A stretch of 64,000 nucleotides of DNA. Origin: Pelagomonas calceolata. Lineage: Eukaryota. Shown here one piece after another: positions 19,371-29,606 of this stretch (positions are counted from its first letter, which is position 1; every line of letters starts with the position of its first letter). The stretch spans positions 5,828,001-5,892,000 of the forward strand of contig CAKKNE010000001.1 in the NCBI GenBank assembly GCA_918797485.1, written 5' to 3'. The notes beneath the pieces were generated by a model. That model saw only the letters and a program-made list of their open reading frames with translations. It had not been told where the DNA came from and made no database searches. Both the position numbers and the translations under genes were made by a program.

Positions 19371-21550
19371 TTACTGCGGCGTCTTCGCCCGCTCCACCAC
19401 GTCATCAATAGAATTCCCCCGCGTCAGCCCCCCGACAAACATCGCTGCCGTCAACTTCCGCAACCGGGCGTCCTTCTCCTTGCGCACGCGGAACTGCAGA
19501 GCTTTTAGATCGGCCACTCCTTTGCGCTCGGACGACCACGTCGCTAAACTGGGATTCTCGAGCATGGCCAGGTGGAGCCACTTCTTGAGGTAGCCCACGC
19601 ACTGGGCGCGCGCGTACCTTCTGGCCGCTTTGTGGATGATGTGCTTCTCGAGGAGGCTCCTTCGCAATAGAGCCAGCATCTCCGCGTCCAACGTTGGAGA
19701 AAATACTTTCAAAGGAGGTACTGGTAATCGAAAGTCGGTCGTCGCAAATAGCACCTTCAGCGACCAGCCGTTGGGCGCCTTCAGCATGCTCCGGGGGCTG
19801 GTCCCTTCCTCGACCATGCTCAGGGCGTCCTTCTCATCAAATGCAAGCATCGCCGCCTGTTCTTTGGCGAAATGGTCGCGCTCGTGGGCCAGCCTTCGTC
19901 GCACCAAAAACTTCCTCAGAATTTCTTTGCGCGCCGCCGCGTCCTCCGCCTCGAGCTTCTGGTTCTGGCGCGCGGCCTCGGCCTCGGCCTGTCTACGTAG
20001 TTCCTCCTTCTCCGCGTCGCCCATCAGGTCGTCAGCTTTTCTTTCAATACGTACCAACTTGTTCCTGCGTTCTTTGCAGTAGCGCCTAGCGTCCGGCGTC
20101 CAGTCGTCGCCCGGCTTCCTACTCATCTTCGGGGCCTTCTTGCAGACCAAGGACGCCTCGAACTGCCGCAATTTCTTCCCGCTCAGGTAGTCGTCGCGCT
20201 CCTGCAGCAACTGACTTAATTTGCCGTTGATCCTCCTCAGGGCTCTCGTCTTGGAGCGCCGGTCCATCTTTAGCGTATCATTCATGATAGCCTGCATGTG
20301 CGCCTCTACCTCATCTATTTCCTGTTCCAATGCTTGCGGCACCTCGAGCAACATGCGCCGCTTGTCGGCCAGCGTCGGCTTCGGCTGCTCATGTATGAGT
20401 GACGGCTCCTCGGTCACGCCACTATTCACCGAGGACATGGACCGTCGACTGCGCCTTCCATAAGTAACGGGGATGCGCGCCTGTTCTTCCTCGGCCTGGA
20501 CCATCGCCAAATCCACTTTACCGGCCCTTACTAAATTGCCAAAATAAATCAAGTCCGTGCGATGCCTTTCTTGGGCCCGGTCCATGGCCCTCCCTAAGAC
20601 CTCAATCATAGCAAAATGCGGCCGCAGCTTGTGCCGCCAGATCCTTTGACAATTGCGGACCGCGTGGAGGAACTTGACCTGTGTGGAAATCAATCAGGTT
20701 ATCGCGTCTCGCTATCTCGGCACCGCGGTCATCTGAGAGGCCCAAACTTGGACACGACCTCCGAGAGATACGCTCGACCGCGTCGAGCGAGCAGCACCTC
20801 CCTCCGACCGCGAGAGACCCCGAATTGAAGCACAAGTTGAACCTTGATTTCCTCACGGAACTTGACCATAACAAGCTTGAACGGCGGCAGGTGCTGCGCT
20901 TCTCCCAGAAAAAATTTGATCCTATCGACGGACCGGGTGCGAATCACCAGACGGGCGTTCTTGCCTAGACTCGCTAACACCGGGCCGTGGATTATTTTTT
21001 CTGCGCGCTTTCTTCTTCTCTTAACTGGATTGTCCTTGCGCCAGGATGATGCGATCTGCCGCTGCGCTAAATCTCGCTGAAAGGCGTCCTTGCGGCGCTG
21101 TCTTGCATCTTGTACTTTCCTCATGAGTAATGCGGTTCTAACTGCTAAGGCGTACATAGTATGCAGGCTCTTGCCCCTTCTTCTACTACGCTGTTTCTGC
21201 TTGTATCTTTTTAAATCTTCATCTGTGACCGTGGTAAACACGGCCCCGAGCGCCCAGGGCACGCGTCGCGGCGGCCGCTCGCCCTGGTAGGTCGGCGCGA
21301 GGGGAATGCGCGGGATCGAGTCGGCAAACCGCCGCTTGTCTCTGGCCGTCTGCGGTCGGTCTTGCGGAGTCTTCGGTCGTTCTGTAGATGATGCCGGCGC
21401 CGTCGCCGGCCGCGCGGCCAGGGCCTGGCCCAGGGTCTTGTAGGGGGCCGTGCTGGGTCTTTGGTCATTGACCGGCGACGGCGCTTCGTTCAATGCGGCT
21501 TCCGCCGCGTCGGTGGCGACGGACGTGAGGTGGAAGAAGTTGACCGGCAT
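19371..21550 (-). CDS. Uncharacterised basic/coiled-coil protein; exons 21550-20867 and 20678-19371
   Basis: Two ORFs join seamlessly (...FKLVM|VKFLHAVRNCQRIWR) after removal of the GT-AG intron 20866-20679. IQ-like motifs present. Confidence 0.7.
20679..20858. mobile_element. Introner element
   Basis: TIRs CTGTGTGGAAATCAA / TTGATTTCCTCACGG. Perfect 8-bp TSD AACTTGAC at 20671-20678 and 20859-20866. Confidence 0.92.
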
Positions 21551-21712
21551 CTTGGGCAGCCTTTTCCTGCGAGCTCGCGCTTGACCTGCAGTCTCTCTGG
21601 CGCTGGGAGATGGCGCTGGGTCCTCGCGGCCTTCTCGCTCCGGACTTGTCGAGGGTTGCTTGGACGGGCGGTGGGTCTTCGGAGGGCTGGCTGCGGGGTT
21701 GGAGTTTTGCTC

Positions 21713-21734
21713 CTAGTGTCTTACATGCCGCTAG
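21713..21734 (+). promoter_or_regulatory. Conserved intergenic CTAG-box motif copy
   Basis: ctagtgtcttacatgccgctag between divergent genes. Confidence 0.6.
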
Positions 21735-21976
21735 CCCTGAGTCTGAGCTGCAAAAAAGAGCTGGCACAGCGTCGTGCGGCATCGAGAGCGCCTACGCGTG
21801 CTCTCGTGGGTGCTCCCAGGATTGGCTGCGTCTGGTGCAGCCGTGTCCTCGTGCACTGACGCTGGGAAGCACTCGTACACCTGACGCTCTCACAACCACG
21901 CACGCGTGCGCGCAGCGGCGGCATCGTGCGTAGGCGTCGAATCTGAGCGTGCAAGTAGCAGCTCAGGCGACGTTGC

Positions 21977-23095
21977 ATGCGTCGATTCACGTTGGCGGCC
22001 GCAGCACTCGCGCGCGCAAGAGGAGAGAGCTGCGCGATGGCGGCGGACCGCCTGCGCGGCGCGCTGTGGGGCTTGTTTGCTGGTGATGCGGTCGCGAGCC
22101 CGACGCACTGGTACTACGGCGGCGAGCGCCAGGTCCAAGGTGATTATAATGGACCCATCACCGGCTACGTGAAACCCAGAGAAACGATGATGGGTAGCAT
22201 CATGCCCAAGTCCAACACGGACGGCGCCGGACGAGGCAGCTACAACGCCAATCGGAAGACCGTGATCGGCGGCGTGATTAATCATGGCAAGAAGCCGTAC
22301 TGGGACCCGGCGAAGTCGCACCACTACCACGCCACCTTAAGGGCCGGTGAAGAAACTCTCGAGGCGTCGCTCGTGCGCGTCTTACTGCGCACCGTGGCTT
22401 CAACGAAGTCCGTCGAGGCCGACGCCTTCCGGGACCAGTACGTAAAGTTCATGCAGACGCCGGGCTCGCACAACGACTCCTACGCGTCGACTGCGCACCG
22501 CATGTTCTTCGCCAATTTGTTTCACAAACAGAAGCCGGTGAAGGACTGCCCGGACAACGACGCGCACAACGTTGACACTATTGATGGTTTGGTGTTGCCG
22601 TCCGTGGCCGCGGCCTGCGCCGCTTATAAGGGCGGGCCAGGTGCTGAGGGGAAGGCGGCTGCGCGCGACGCGGCCGTGGCGGTCGCGGCGACGACGCGGG
22701 CGTCAAGACCGCTCGCGACGGCCGCGGCGGCGTTGGGGGACGCGATGCACGGGGCGATCCACGGCGTCGGGTCGGCGGCGTCGCGAGCGGACGCCATGGC
22801 GTCGGCGCTCGGCATGCGCGTGCCGCGCCAGCCGACGATGGTGAGCTGATACCTCGAGCAGAGCGTCCCGAACGTCCTCGCGGCCGCGAAGAACGGCGGA
22901 GGAGACGTCTGGAGCGCTCTGCTCGCGAACGCGAACCGCGGCGGCGAGAACGTGCACACCGGTGCCGTTCTTGGTGCCCTCCTCGGCGCGGAGGCCGGCG
23001 CGGCGGCGCTCGCTCCGGAGCTGTCTGCAGGCCTCGTGAATCGCGTCGAGATCGGCGCCGAGATCGACGCCGTCGTCGCCGCGCTCGACCCGTGA
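21977..23095 (+). CDS. ADP-ribosylglycohydrolase family selenoprotein (SelJ-like), Sec at TGA 22847-22849, 372 aa
   Basis: N-terminal RLRGALWGLFAGDAVASPTHWYY. The frame continues past the TGA as YLEQSVP...ALLANANRGGENVHTGAVLGALLGA (the family C-terminal motif) to TGA 23093-23095. A SECIS-like hairpin follows. Confidence 0.85.
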
Positions 23096-23170
23096 TCTGT
23101 GCCTGGCCTCCTCCTGATATGACGGTCCGCGCGCGCATTGACTGTGCGTGCGGGCCCGACGATGGACAGA
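23096..23170 (+). promoter_or_regulatory. SECIS-like element (3' UTR)
   Basis: ATGAC (23119-23123), a fully paired 14-bp helix (23124-23137 with 23143-23156, including G-U pairs), loop TTGAC, then CGAC (23157-23160), giving the GA/AG quartet. tctgt (23096) and acaga (23166) could form helix I. Confidence 0.7.
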
Positions 23171-23199
23171 AGTCTAAAGTTCTTGTGTTTATAAGCTAC

Positions 23200-23814
23200 T
23201 TATTTCTTCAAGGCGGGGCTGTCCATCGCCAGCTTGTCAATAAGACCAGACAGCTGATCCAAGGAGAAAGTTTTCACCGCCCGCCCGGCGGAGCTCGACG
23301 GATTCTTGGAGTGAGCGATCGCGAGCTCTGCAAGCTCGTTCATGCGCTCGCCGACCCGTTTGATGTCGTTGCCCATCTCCACCGTCAGCGGATGCGCGGG
23401 GCCGAGGACGCGGCGCGCAACCTTCTCGGCGTCCTCGAGCACCATCGACGCTTCCATAAGTTCAGAAATATTGCCCCTGTCCATGTAGAGGGCCTTCGCG
23501 TAGACCGCGACCATGTTCAGCGTCTGCTGGTTCTCGTAGCCAATGGACGCTTTGGCCTTCGGGATTTCGTCGCGCAGGAGCTTCTTCGCCTCGGCCATGC
23601 GGCCGGTCGAGAGGAGCGTCAGAGCGAGATTCGTCGCCCCGGAAGCCCCCGAGTGTGATCTGTGATTGCAGACTTCAGCCGGAGGGCTTGCGGCGAGCTC
23701 CCGTTGTACCCGGATCGCCTCCTCTTCTCTACCGTTCGTTGCATAGGCAATTCCCAATGTAGCCAGGGCACGCTGAAGGCGCACTCTGTCGAGCGGGAAA
23801 TAGCTCCGACACAT
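23200..23814 (-). CDS. TPR-like repeat protein (kinesin light chain-type TPR), possibly N-truncated
   Basis: NLALTLLSTGRMAEAKKLLR...ARRVLGPAHPLT; paralogous to the adjacent + strand ORF. Confidence 0.55.
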   Translation of the reverse strand: MCRSYFPLDRVRLQRALATLGIAYATNGREEEAIRVQRELAASPPAEVCNHRSHSGASGATNLALTLLSTGRMAEAKKLLRDEIPKAKASIGYENQQTLNMVAVYAKALYMDRGNISELMEASMVLEDAEKVARRVLGPAHPLTVEMGNDIKRVGERMNELAELAIAHSKNPSSSAGRAVKTFSLDQLSGLIDKLAMDSPALKK

Positions 23815-23828
23815 AGAGTGTGCGCTCG

Positions 23829-24446
23829 ATGGCGCAGACGGATAGACTTAAGTTCAGCGCGATGAGGCTGCTTGGGAACGGCCTATTCGAAATAGGCGCA
23901 TACGCGGACGCGTTGTCCGCGGAAAGGGCCGAGTTATCTATACTGATGCGATTTGGCGGACAAGAGGTTGACATTCTCGCCGTGCAGAGCAACCTTGCGT
24001 GCACGTATGAAGCTATAGGACGGGGAGACGAGGCCATGCGTTTACGGAAGGCAATTTACTCCGGACATTTGAAGCTCCACGGAAAAGTACATGAGTTAAC
24101 CCTCGTAGCAGCCAACAATTACGCGGTGTCCCTTCGCGATCTGCTGCGCTTCGAAGAAGCCAAGTCACTTCTGCGCAAAACGATGCCCGTGACCCGCCGC
24201 GTGCTCGGAGAAGGGCATAGACTCACACTCAAGATGAAGAAAATTTACGCGGACTCGCTCTACAAGGACCCCACCGCCACGCTCAACGATCTCCGCGAGG
24301 CCGTGACGACGCTCGAGGACATGGAACGCATCGCGCGGCGCGTGCTCGGTGGAGCGCACCCGATGACAGAGGAGACTGAGCGGGAACTGCAAGAGTCCCG
24401 AGCAGCGCTCCGCGCCCGCGAAACGTCGTCGTCTGGGACGGGGTAA
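23829..24446 (+). CDS. TPR-like repeat protein, possibly N-truncated or a pseudogene
   Basis: QSNLACTYEAIGR, ANNYAVSL...EEAKSLLRK, ARRVLGGAHPMT. Confidence 0.6.
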   Translation: MAQTDRLKFSAMRLLGNGLFEIGAYADALSAERAELSILMRFGGQEVDILAVQSNLACTYEAIGRGDEAMRLRKAIYSGHLKLHGKVHELTLVAANNYAVSLRDLLRFEEAKSLLRKTMPVTRRVLGEGHRLTLKMKKIYADSLYKDPTATLNDLREAVTTLEDMERIARRVLGGAHPMTEETERELQESRAALRARETSSSGTG

Positions 24447-24518
24447 ACTAGGAAGTGGTCAACCCGGTCACACTTAGACGTCGGGGGCACAAGGGAAGGG
24501 GGAAATAATGCAACACGA

Positions 24519-27500
24519 TCACTCCTTGTCCAGCAACATGTCCACGCGGTCCTGGTCGCCGTCGCGGCCGAGACCCGACAAGGCGGACGCGGTCAGGCGC
24601 GGCGCGTCGTCCGACGGCTCGTCCTCGCCCGGCGGGTCCCGGAAGAACGCGTCCGCCGCGGCCTTGTGGGCCCGGATAGAGTTTGCCGCGGCGGCGGCGG
24701 CGGCCGCGTCCGCCGCCCGGATCGCGTCGGCCTCCTCGCGCAGATCGGCGTCCTCGTCGACGTCGGCTTCGACAAAGGCGCCCGCCAGCTCGTCGACGTG
24801 CGCCCGTAAACACGTGTCGAAGGCCTCCTTCCTACCAGACGTGACGTATTCGCCACCGGGACCGCAGTCGACACCGTAACCCCCTTCGAGCACAGAAACT
24901 AATCGCCCGCAGCACTTGCGCTCCGCCCAGTCCACGAGTCGCCGCGTCAATACGCCGTAGTCCGCCGCGTCCAACCGACCCAAGTCGACGGGGTCCCGTT
25001 TATGGGCGTCAAAACCAGAGGATAAAATCAACAGGTCCGGTCTAAAAGCGTCCAAAGCGTTCAGGATGCGCGGCAGCGCCTCCTCGAGCACCCACTCCGT
25101 CGTGACCACCTTTTCCGCGCGATGGGGCGCGTTCAACACACCAGGATGGTCCGGCCTCGCTCTTCTGCCGCTCCCAGGAAAGACGTCCTCCCCGGTGGCA
25201 TGTAAACTCAAATACATGAACCGCGGGTCGAAGGTCCTTGCCAAAATGTCCTCCGTGCCGTTGCCGTGGTGCACATCGAAGTCGAAGACCGCCACGCGCT
25301 TCAGCCCCCGCTCGTGCGCCGCGTGCTTCGCTCCGAGCGCGGCGTGATTCAGTAAACAATAACCGTTGCCCGGCGCCCCCAAGGAATTGATCGACGCGCC
25401 GGCGTGGTGTCCTGGTGGTCTTACAGCACACAAAGCGTTTCTAGCTTCTCCACTGAGGACAGCATCTACCGCTTGGATCACGGCAGCGGACGCGGCGATG
25501 GCCGCGCCCCAGGTATCTCGATTGCCGCACGTGTCTTCGTCCTCGCCGCCGAAGATCATCGTGGCCTCCGTCGCGAGGTCGAGGCAGCGCTGCCGGACCG
25601 CGCCCACGTAGCTCCGAGTGTGGGCGTACGCTAGCGACGACGCCGCTCGCTGGAGATAAGACCCGTGCACCGTGCGCTCGACCCAGAGCTTGTTCGAACA
25701 CCTTCTGGCTCGCGCTTCGACGACAGCAGCAGCGGCCACGGCCCTTCGCGCCTGCTCGACGCAGTGCGGCTTCGTGCTATGTAAGCGGCACCGCCGGTCG
25801 TAGACACATAGTGTTCTAGGGGCACCAGGAGCGTCCCAAGAATATTCATCAGAAGACGTGACCCGCGCGACGCCCGCAAGCATGCGCCTTCGAGTCCTAT
25901 TCCGATGCGTCAGCCACGCGTCCCTTGTAACTTGCACTTCCCGCCGCGCGGCGCGCGCGTCGTCCAACGCGCGCTGGGCCTCCTTGGCGCCTCTTTCGGC
26001 CGCCGCCTTGGCGTCCTGATCTCTATTGCGCGCGGCGCGCCGCGCGACGACGTCCCGATCGACCTTGTCCGTGGCCGCGTTCGCACATGTCCTTCTTAAC
26101 AAAGCGTCGTCCCTATCTAACAACCCCTGCACCAACCCATCGACGCGCTCCAACGCTTCCAGCGCCGCGGCTCTTTCACTGCGACACTTGACGAGGCGCT
26201 TCTTCAGCTCCACATCGTCACCTTCATCATCAGAAGAATCGGAAGAGGATTCACTCATGGGATCATCGGACCCCTGCGCCATGGGCCCAACATTCTGCGA
26301 CTTGGACGGCTTCTTCGGCGCCTTGGCGCGCGAACAAGCCCTAGCGCCGGCCGCCGCCGCCGCCAGCGTCACGACCTCCAGGTCTTGTAGAGCTGCCGCG
26401 ACGTCCCTCTCGGCCGCCGCGTCCGACAGAGAAGCACAACTTGTAGAGGAGCCTCTACGTCCAGCCCGCGCCGCTAAATAGAGCCACAGCTCTCTAGCAA
26501 CAGACGCTCGTTGTCCATCAGCCCCCTTGCACGCCTTGAGGGCCTTCTTCGTACTCTTAGAAGCCTCGGAAGCTCGAGCACCACATAAATCAGATGCATC
26601 ACCTTCCCGCAAGTAAGCCAAGGCCCGCCCCACATCGACCGGAGCTTCAGAGGGAATCTGTAAGGTAGGAGCGCCCCGGTCCGACCATCTATCAAAATTC
26701 TCCGCGTCGAAAAATTGGTCCTCGTCGGCCGCTTGATGCCACGATTCGGGCTTGACGCGCACGCGGCGCGGCTCCGGGAGGACCTTGCCGTCCTTCTGCG
26801 GGGATCTTATCGAAGCGGCGCCTCTCGGTGATAAAGCTCGCGGCGTCCGTCGCGGCGGCGGCTCGGTCGCGGAGCCAGCTCTAGTCTTCCTGGGCGGCGG
26901 GCTTCGCGGCGGCTCGTCCTCGTCGTCGGCGTCGTCGGATGACGCTCTAGCGCGCGCTCGTGCCGCTCTAGAACTATCAAGCTTCCCTCTACAACTTTTT
27001 TCGTGCGCGACTCGAGCAGGAGGATGAGAGAAAACTCTACCACACCCCTTGCGACACGTCAGCGTCTCCTCCTCCTCGTCCTCCTCCTCTTGTTTGGGCG
27101 GCGACCGCTGCCGCTTCTTGAGAGGCGGCCTCGGCTTCTCGTCCTTGCCCGGCCGGCCCGGCCCCCGTCTCGGCTCCTCTTCTTTCTCATCAGACGAGGA
27201 AGACTCTTCTTTGGAGGGAACCTTCTTCCGCTTGAACGGATTGAAGGGGTTCGCGCCGGGCTCCGGCGACGGGTCCCGTTCCCTCGGGAAGTGCGGACAG
27301 TCGTCCGTGAGGTGAGGGCCATCACATTTATCACACTTCGGGGGCAGGGCGTCGTCGCTATCGGAGGCGAAGGGGTCCTGGCGCTTCTTGTGGGCTCGCA
27401 GTTTCCGCAGGAAGTCCTGGGGCGTGTCGTACGCGCCCCTTCCAATGCCGCGCGACTGCATGGCTTCTCTTAATTGCGAAGAACTGAGTCCAGAAAATTC

Positions 27501-29606
27501 ATCATCAATGGTATCTTCAAAAGGTTCTCTAGGACGCCTTTCTCGTCGTTTCTTCGGCGCCTTCTGGACCGGTTCCCGAGGCGGGCTCTTCGCCGTCTCA
27601 TGAGGTCTAGGTGATGCTGGTTTGATCCCAACTCTAGCAATCTCCTCGGCGCGGATCTTCTCGTAGGCCGCTGCTTTGGCGGCAGCCGCTTCTTGCCGCG
27701 CCGTCGCGCGCGCGCGCCGCTCGACGTCGTCAGAAGGCCTCGGGGGCGCCGGCTTTTTCTTGGGAGGCTCGGTCTTGGGTGGAGGCGGTCTTTTTTTAGG
27801 TGGTTCCTTGTTCAGCTTCTCGGCGGACCGTCGTTTCTTGGGCGGGAGGGCGCTCTCCTCGGACGCGCGAGGCGACGACGACCGCCTTCCACCGTTATCT
27901 ACCGATTTTGAGATGTGCTGCGCGTCGACGCGCTTCTCACTCCCACCAAGGACGTACTTGACGGCGTACGTGAAGCCCGTGGTCCTTTTTTCAGAACCGT
28001 CGCGCATGGGGCCCTGGTCGACTAATCGTTCGTCGTGGATCTCGCGAATCGTCGCCGCGCCGCCGGGGAAGTTGACGCCGGGGTGCGTGCGAGGTGCTAC
28101 TTCCACTAAATCACCAATCGCAAACCGGGGCTTCTCCTCCGGCGTAGTTTTGGGGCGGTCCTTGCCCTTCGACCGGTACGGCGCCGAGGCTGGCGCGGAC
28201 GCCAGCTCGGGCTTTTTGTCTTCCGAGGCTCTTCTCGCTTTCTTCGGCGGGGCCTTCTTGTCGGATCCCCCGGACGACGAGCGGCGGCGGGCCGGCTTCG
28301 GCGCGTCTTCGGCCTTTGGCGGCGAGCGCGCCGTCTCGGCCGGTGACTGGCCGTTCGCCTTCTCGGCCGGCTTCTCGGCGGCCGGCGGCTTGGGCGGCGA
28401 CCGCGCGGCGGGCTTGGGCGACTCAGCCGGTGTGGGCGCGGGCGGCGGCGGCGGGATCGCCGGCAGCGCGGGCTTGACGTCCGGAGCCTCGGCCGCAGGC
28501 GCGCCGATGGCCTCGAGGAAGCTCCCCTCGTCGAAATTCGACGCCTTCGCCGCGAAGGCCGCGCGCACGCGTTGCGGATCCGGCGGATCTGATGGCGGCG
28601 CCCGCACGGGCGACTTCTTTTCGCCGCCTCGCTTCCGCGACGTCGCGGCCGGCTCTTCCAAGACCACCGGCGTCTTCGGACGCTGCGCGTACTCGAGGGC
28701 TTGCTTGTTGAAGGTCGACGAGAAGGGTTCTGGTAAATCATCTAGATCCAGTGATCTACCTCTAGCTCGAGCCGCGTCGACGACCTTCCGCCAGGGCAGT
28801 TGCAACACGTGCGGCGGGTAGCAAGCGACATCTAGATGCGCGGTAGAGACGTCTCCCGGCGGGCCCTGCCTTCTTTCGCGAGGTGCGGGTTTCGTGGCCT
28901 CGAACGCCGCTTTCAGTCTAGCCGCCCTTCGGGGCCAGGCGTCTCCATTCTCAATGGGGTCGATGTGCTTCGCCGCGAACTGTTTCAGGGCTGATGCTAG
29001 AGCGACGGCGTCGGCGTGCGCCGTCGCTACGGCTTCCTTGATGGGTTGTGGTGCCTCCGGAGGGTCATATGTCAAAGGTAGCGGTTTAGCATGGGTCGCC
29101 TTCGCTTCCACGGCTTCGAGCTCGAACATGCGTGATTCCCCGGCGTTGTCCTTCACTTCTGCCGACCACCAGGGATTCAGGAAGACCACAGCCACAGCAT
29201 CCACTTTCGGCCGAAACCTAGCTGGAGTGGATGCGTAGTACTCCAGGTATTCCTCAACAGCAATGGCGCGCGCGGGCCACCACTGCTGGCACGTGTTCTC
29301 CTCCAGGATTTTCAGGCGGTCTATTTTATATTGTTCGACCACTATCTTCTCCGCTACTGTGGATCTAGCTAGTAACAGCCCGTCCCTCGGCCAGTTGTCC
29401 GTCAGGATGGCGTCGCCGTAGTTGACTGATTCGAGTCTCGACGTGCCGCCGCTCGCGACGAGTTGTTTTCGTTGCTCGGGCGCGAGTTTTTGTGAAGCGC
29501 CGCCCTGGTGGAGGAACTCGGGCAGCAGCGCGCGCGGCGGCTCCGTGGGTCTTTGTTGAGGCGCGTCCTGTTCCGGCACGGACTCCTCGGAGGTGGGCTC
29601 CTCCAT
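24519..29606 (-). CDS. Class II-type histone deacetylase with a very long N-terminal extension
   Basis: C-terminal RPPGHHA, GYCLLN, DFDVHHGNGT, SSGFDAH and LEGGY. The N-terminal part has low-complexity regions, CDKCDGPHLTDDC (Zn knuckle-like) and CRKGCGRVF...HEKSC (C2HC-like). Confidence 0.85.
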   Translation of the reverse strand: MEEPTSEESVPEQDAPQQRPTEPPRALLPEFLHQGGASQKLAPEQRKQLVASGGTSRLESVNYGDAILTDNWPRDGLLLARSTVAEKIVVEQYKIDRLKILEENTCQQWWPARAIAVEEYLEYYASTPARFRPKVDAVAVVFLNPWWSAEVKDNAGESRMFELEAVEAKATHAKPLPLTYDPPEAPQPIKEAVATAHADAVALASALKQFAAKHIDPIENGDAWPRRAARLKAAFEATKPAPRERRQGPPGDVSTAHLDVACYPPHVLQLPWRKVVDAARARGRSLDLDDLPEPFSSTFNKQALEYAQRPKTPVVLEEPAATSRKRGGEKKSPVRAPPSDPPDPQRVRAAFAAKASNFDEGSFLEAIGAPAAEAPDVKPALPAIPPPPPAPTPAESPKPAARSPPKPPAAEKPAEKANGQSPAETARSPPKAEDAPKPARRRSSSGGSDKKAPPKKARRASEDKKPELASAPASAPYRSKGKDRPKTTPEEKPRFAIGDLVEVAPRTHPGVNFPGGAATIREIHDERLVDQGPMRDGSEKRTTGFTYAVKYVLGGSEKRVDAQHISKSVDNGGRRSSSPRASEESALPPKKRRSAEKLNKEPPKKRPPPPKTEPPKKKPAPPRPSDDVERRARATARQEAAAAKAAAYEKIRAEEIARVGIKPASPRPHETAKSPPREPVQKAPKKRRERRPREPFEDTIDDEFSGLSSSQLREAMQSRGIGRGAYDTPQDFLRKLRAHKKRQDPFASDSDDALPPKCDKCDGPHLTDDCPHFPRERDPSPEPGANPFNPFKRKKVPSKEESSSSDEKEEEPRRGPGRPGKDEKPRPPLKKRQRSPPKQEEEDEEEETLTCRKGCGRVFSHPPARVAHEKSCRGKLDSSRAARARARASSDDADDEDEPPRSPPPRKTRAGSATEPPPRRTPRALSPRGAASIRSPQKDGKVLPEPRRVRVKPESWHQAADEDQFFDAENFDRWSDRGAPTLQIPSEAPVDVGRALAYLREGDASDLCGARASEASKSTKKALKACKGADGQRASVARELWLYLAARAGRRGSSTSCASLSDAAAERDVAAALQDLEVVTLAAAAAGARACSRAKAPKKPSKSQNVGPMAQGSDDPMSESSSDSSDDEGDDVELKKRLVKCRSERAAALEALERVDGLVQGLLDRDDALLRRTCANAATDKVDRDVVARRAARNRDQDAKAAAERGAKEAQRALDDARAARREVQVTRDAWLTHRNRTRRRMLAGVARVTSSDEYSWDAPGAPRTLCVYDRRCRLHSTKPHCVEQARRAVAAAAVVEARARRCSNKLWVERTVHGSYLQRAASSLAYAHTRSYVGAVRQRCLDLATEATMIFGGEDEDTCGNRDTWGAAIAASAAVIQAVDAVLSGEARNALCAVRPPGHHAGASINSLGAPGNGYCLLNHAALGAKHAAHERGLKRVAVFDFDVHHGNGTEDILARTFDPRFMYLSLHATGEDVFPGSGRRARPDHPGVLNAPHRAEKVVTTEWVLEEALPRILNALDAFRPDLLILSSGFDAHKRDPVDLGRLDAADYGVLTRRLVDWAERKCCGRLVSVLEGGYGVDCGPGGEYVTSGRKEAFDTCLRAHVDELAGAFVEADVDEDADLREEADAIRAADAAAAAAAANSIRAHKAAADAFFRDPPGEDEPSDDAPRLTASALSGLGRDGDQDRVDMLLDKE

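Noticed and set aside
22841..22861. GTGAGC as a splice donor removing the in-frame TGA
   Set aside because: The nearest in-frame acceptors give 18-21-nt introns, far shorter than any other here. The downstream sequence is coding-like and a SECIS-like element is present. Not formally excluded without RNA data.
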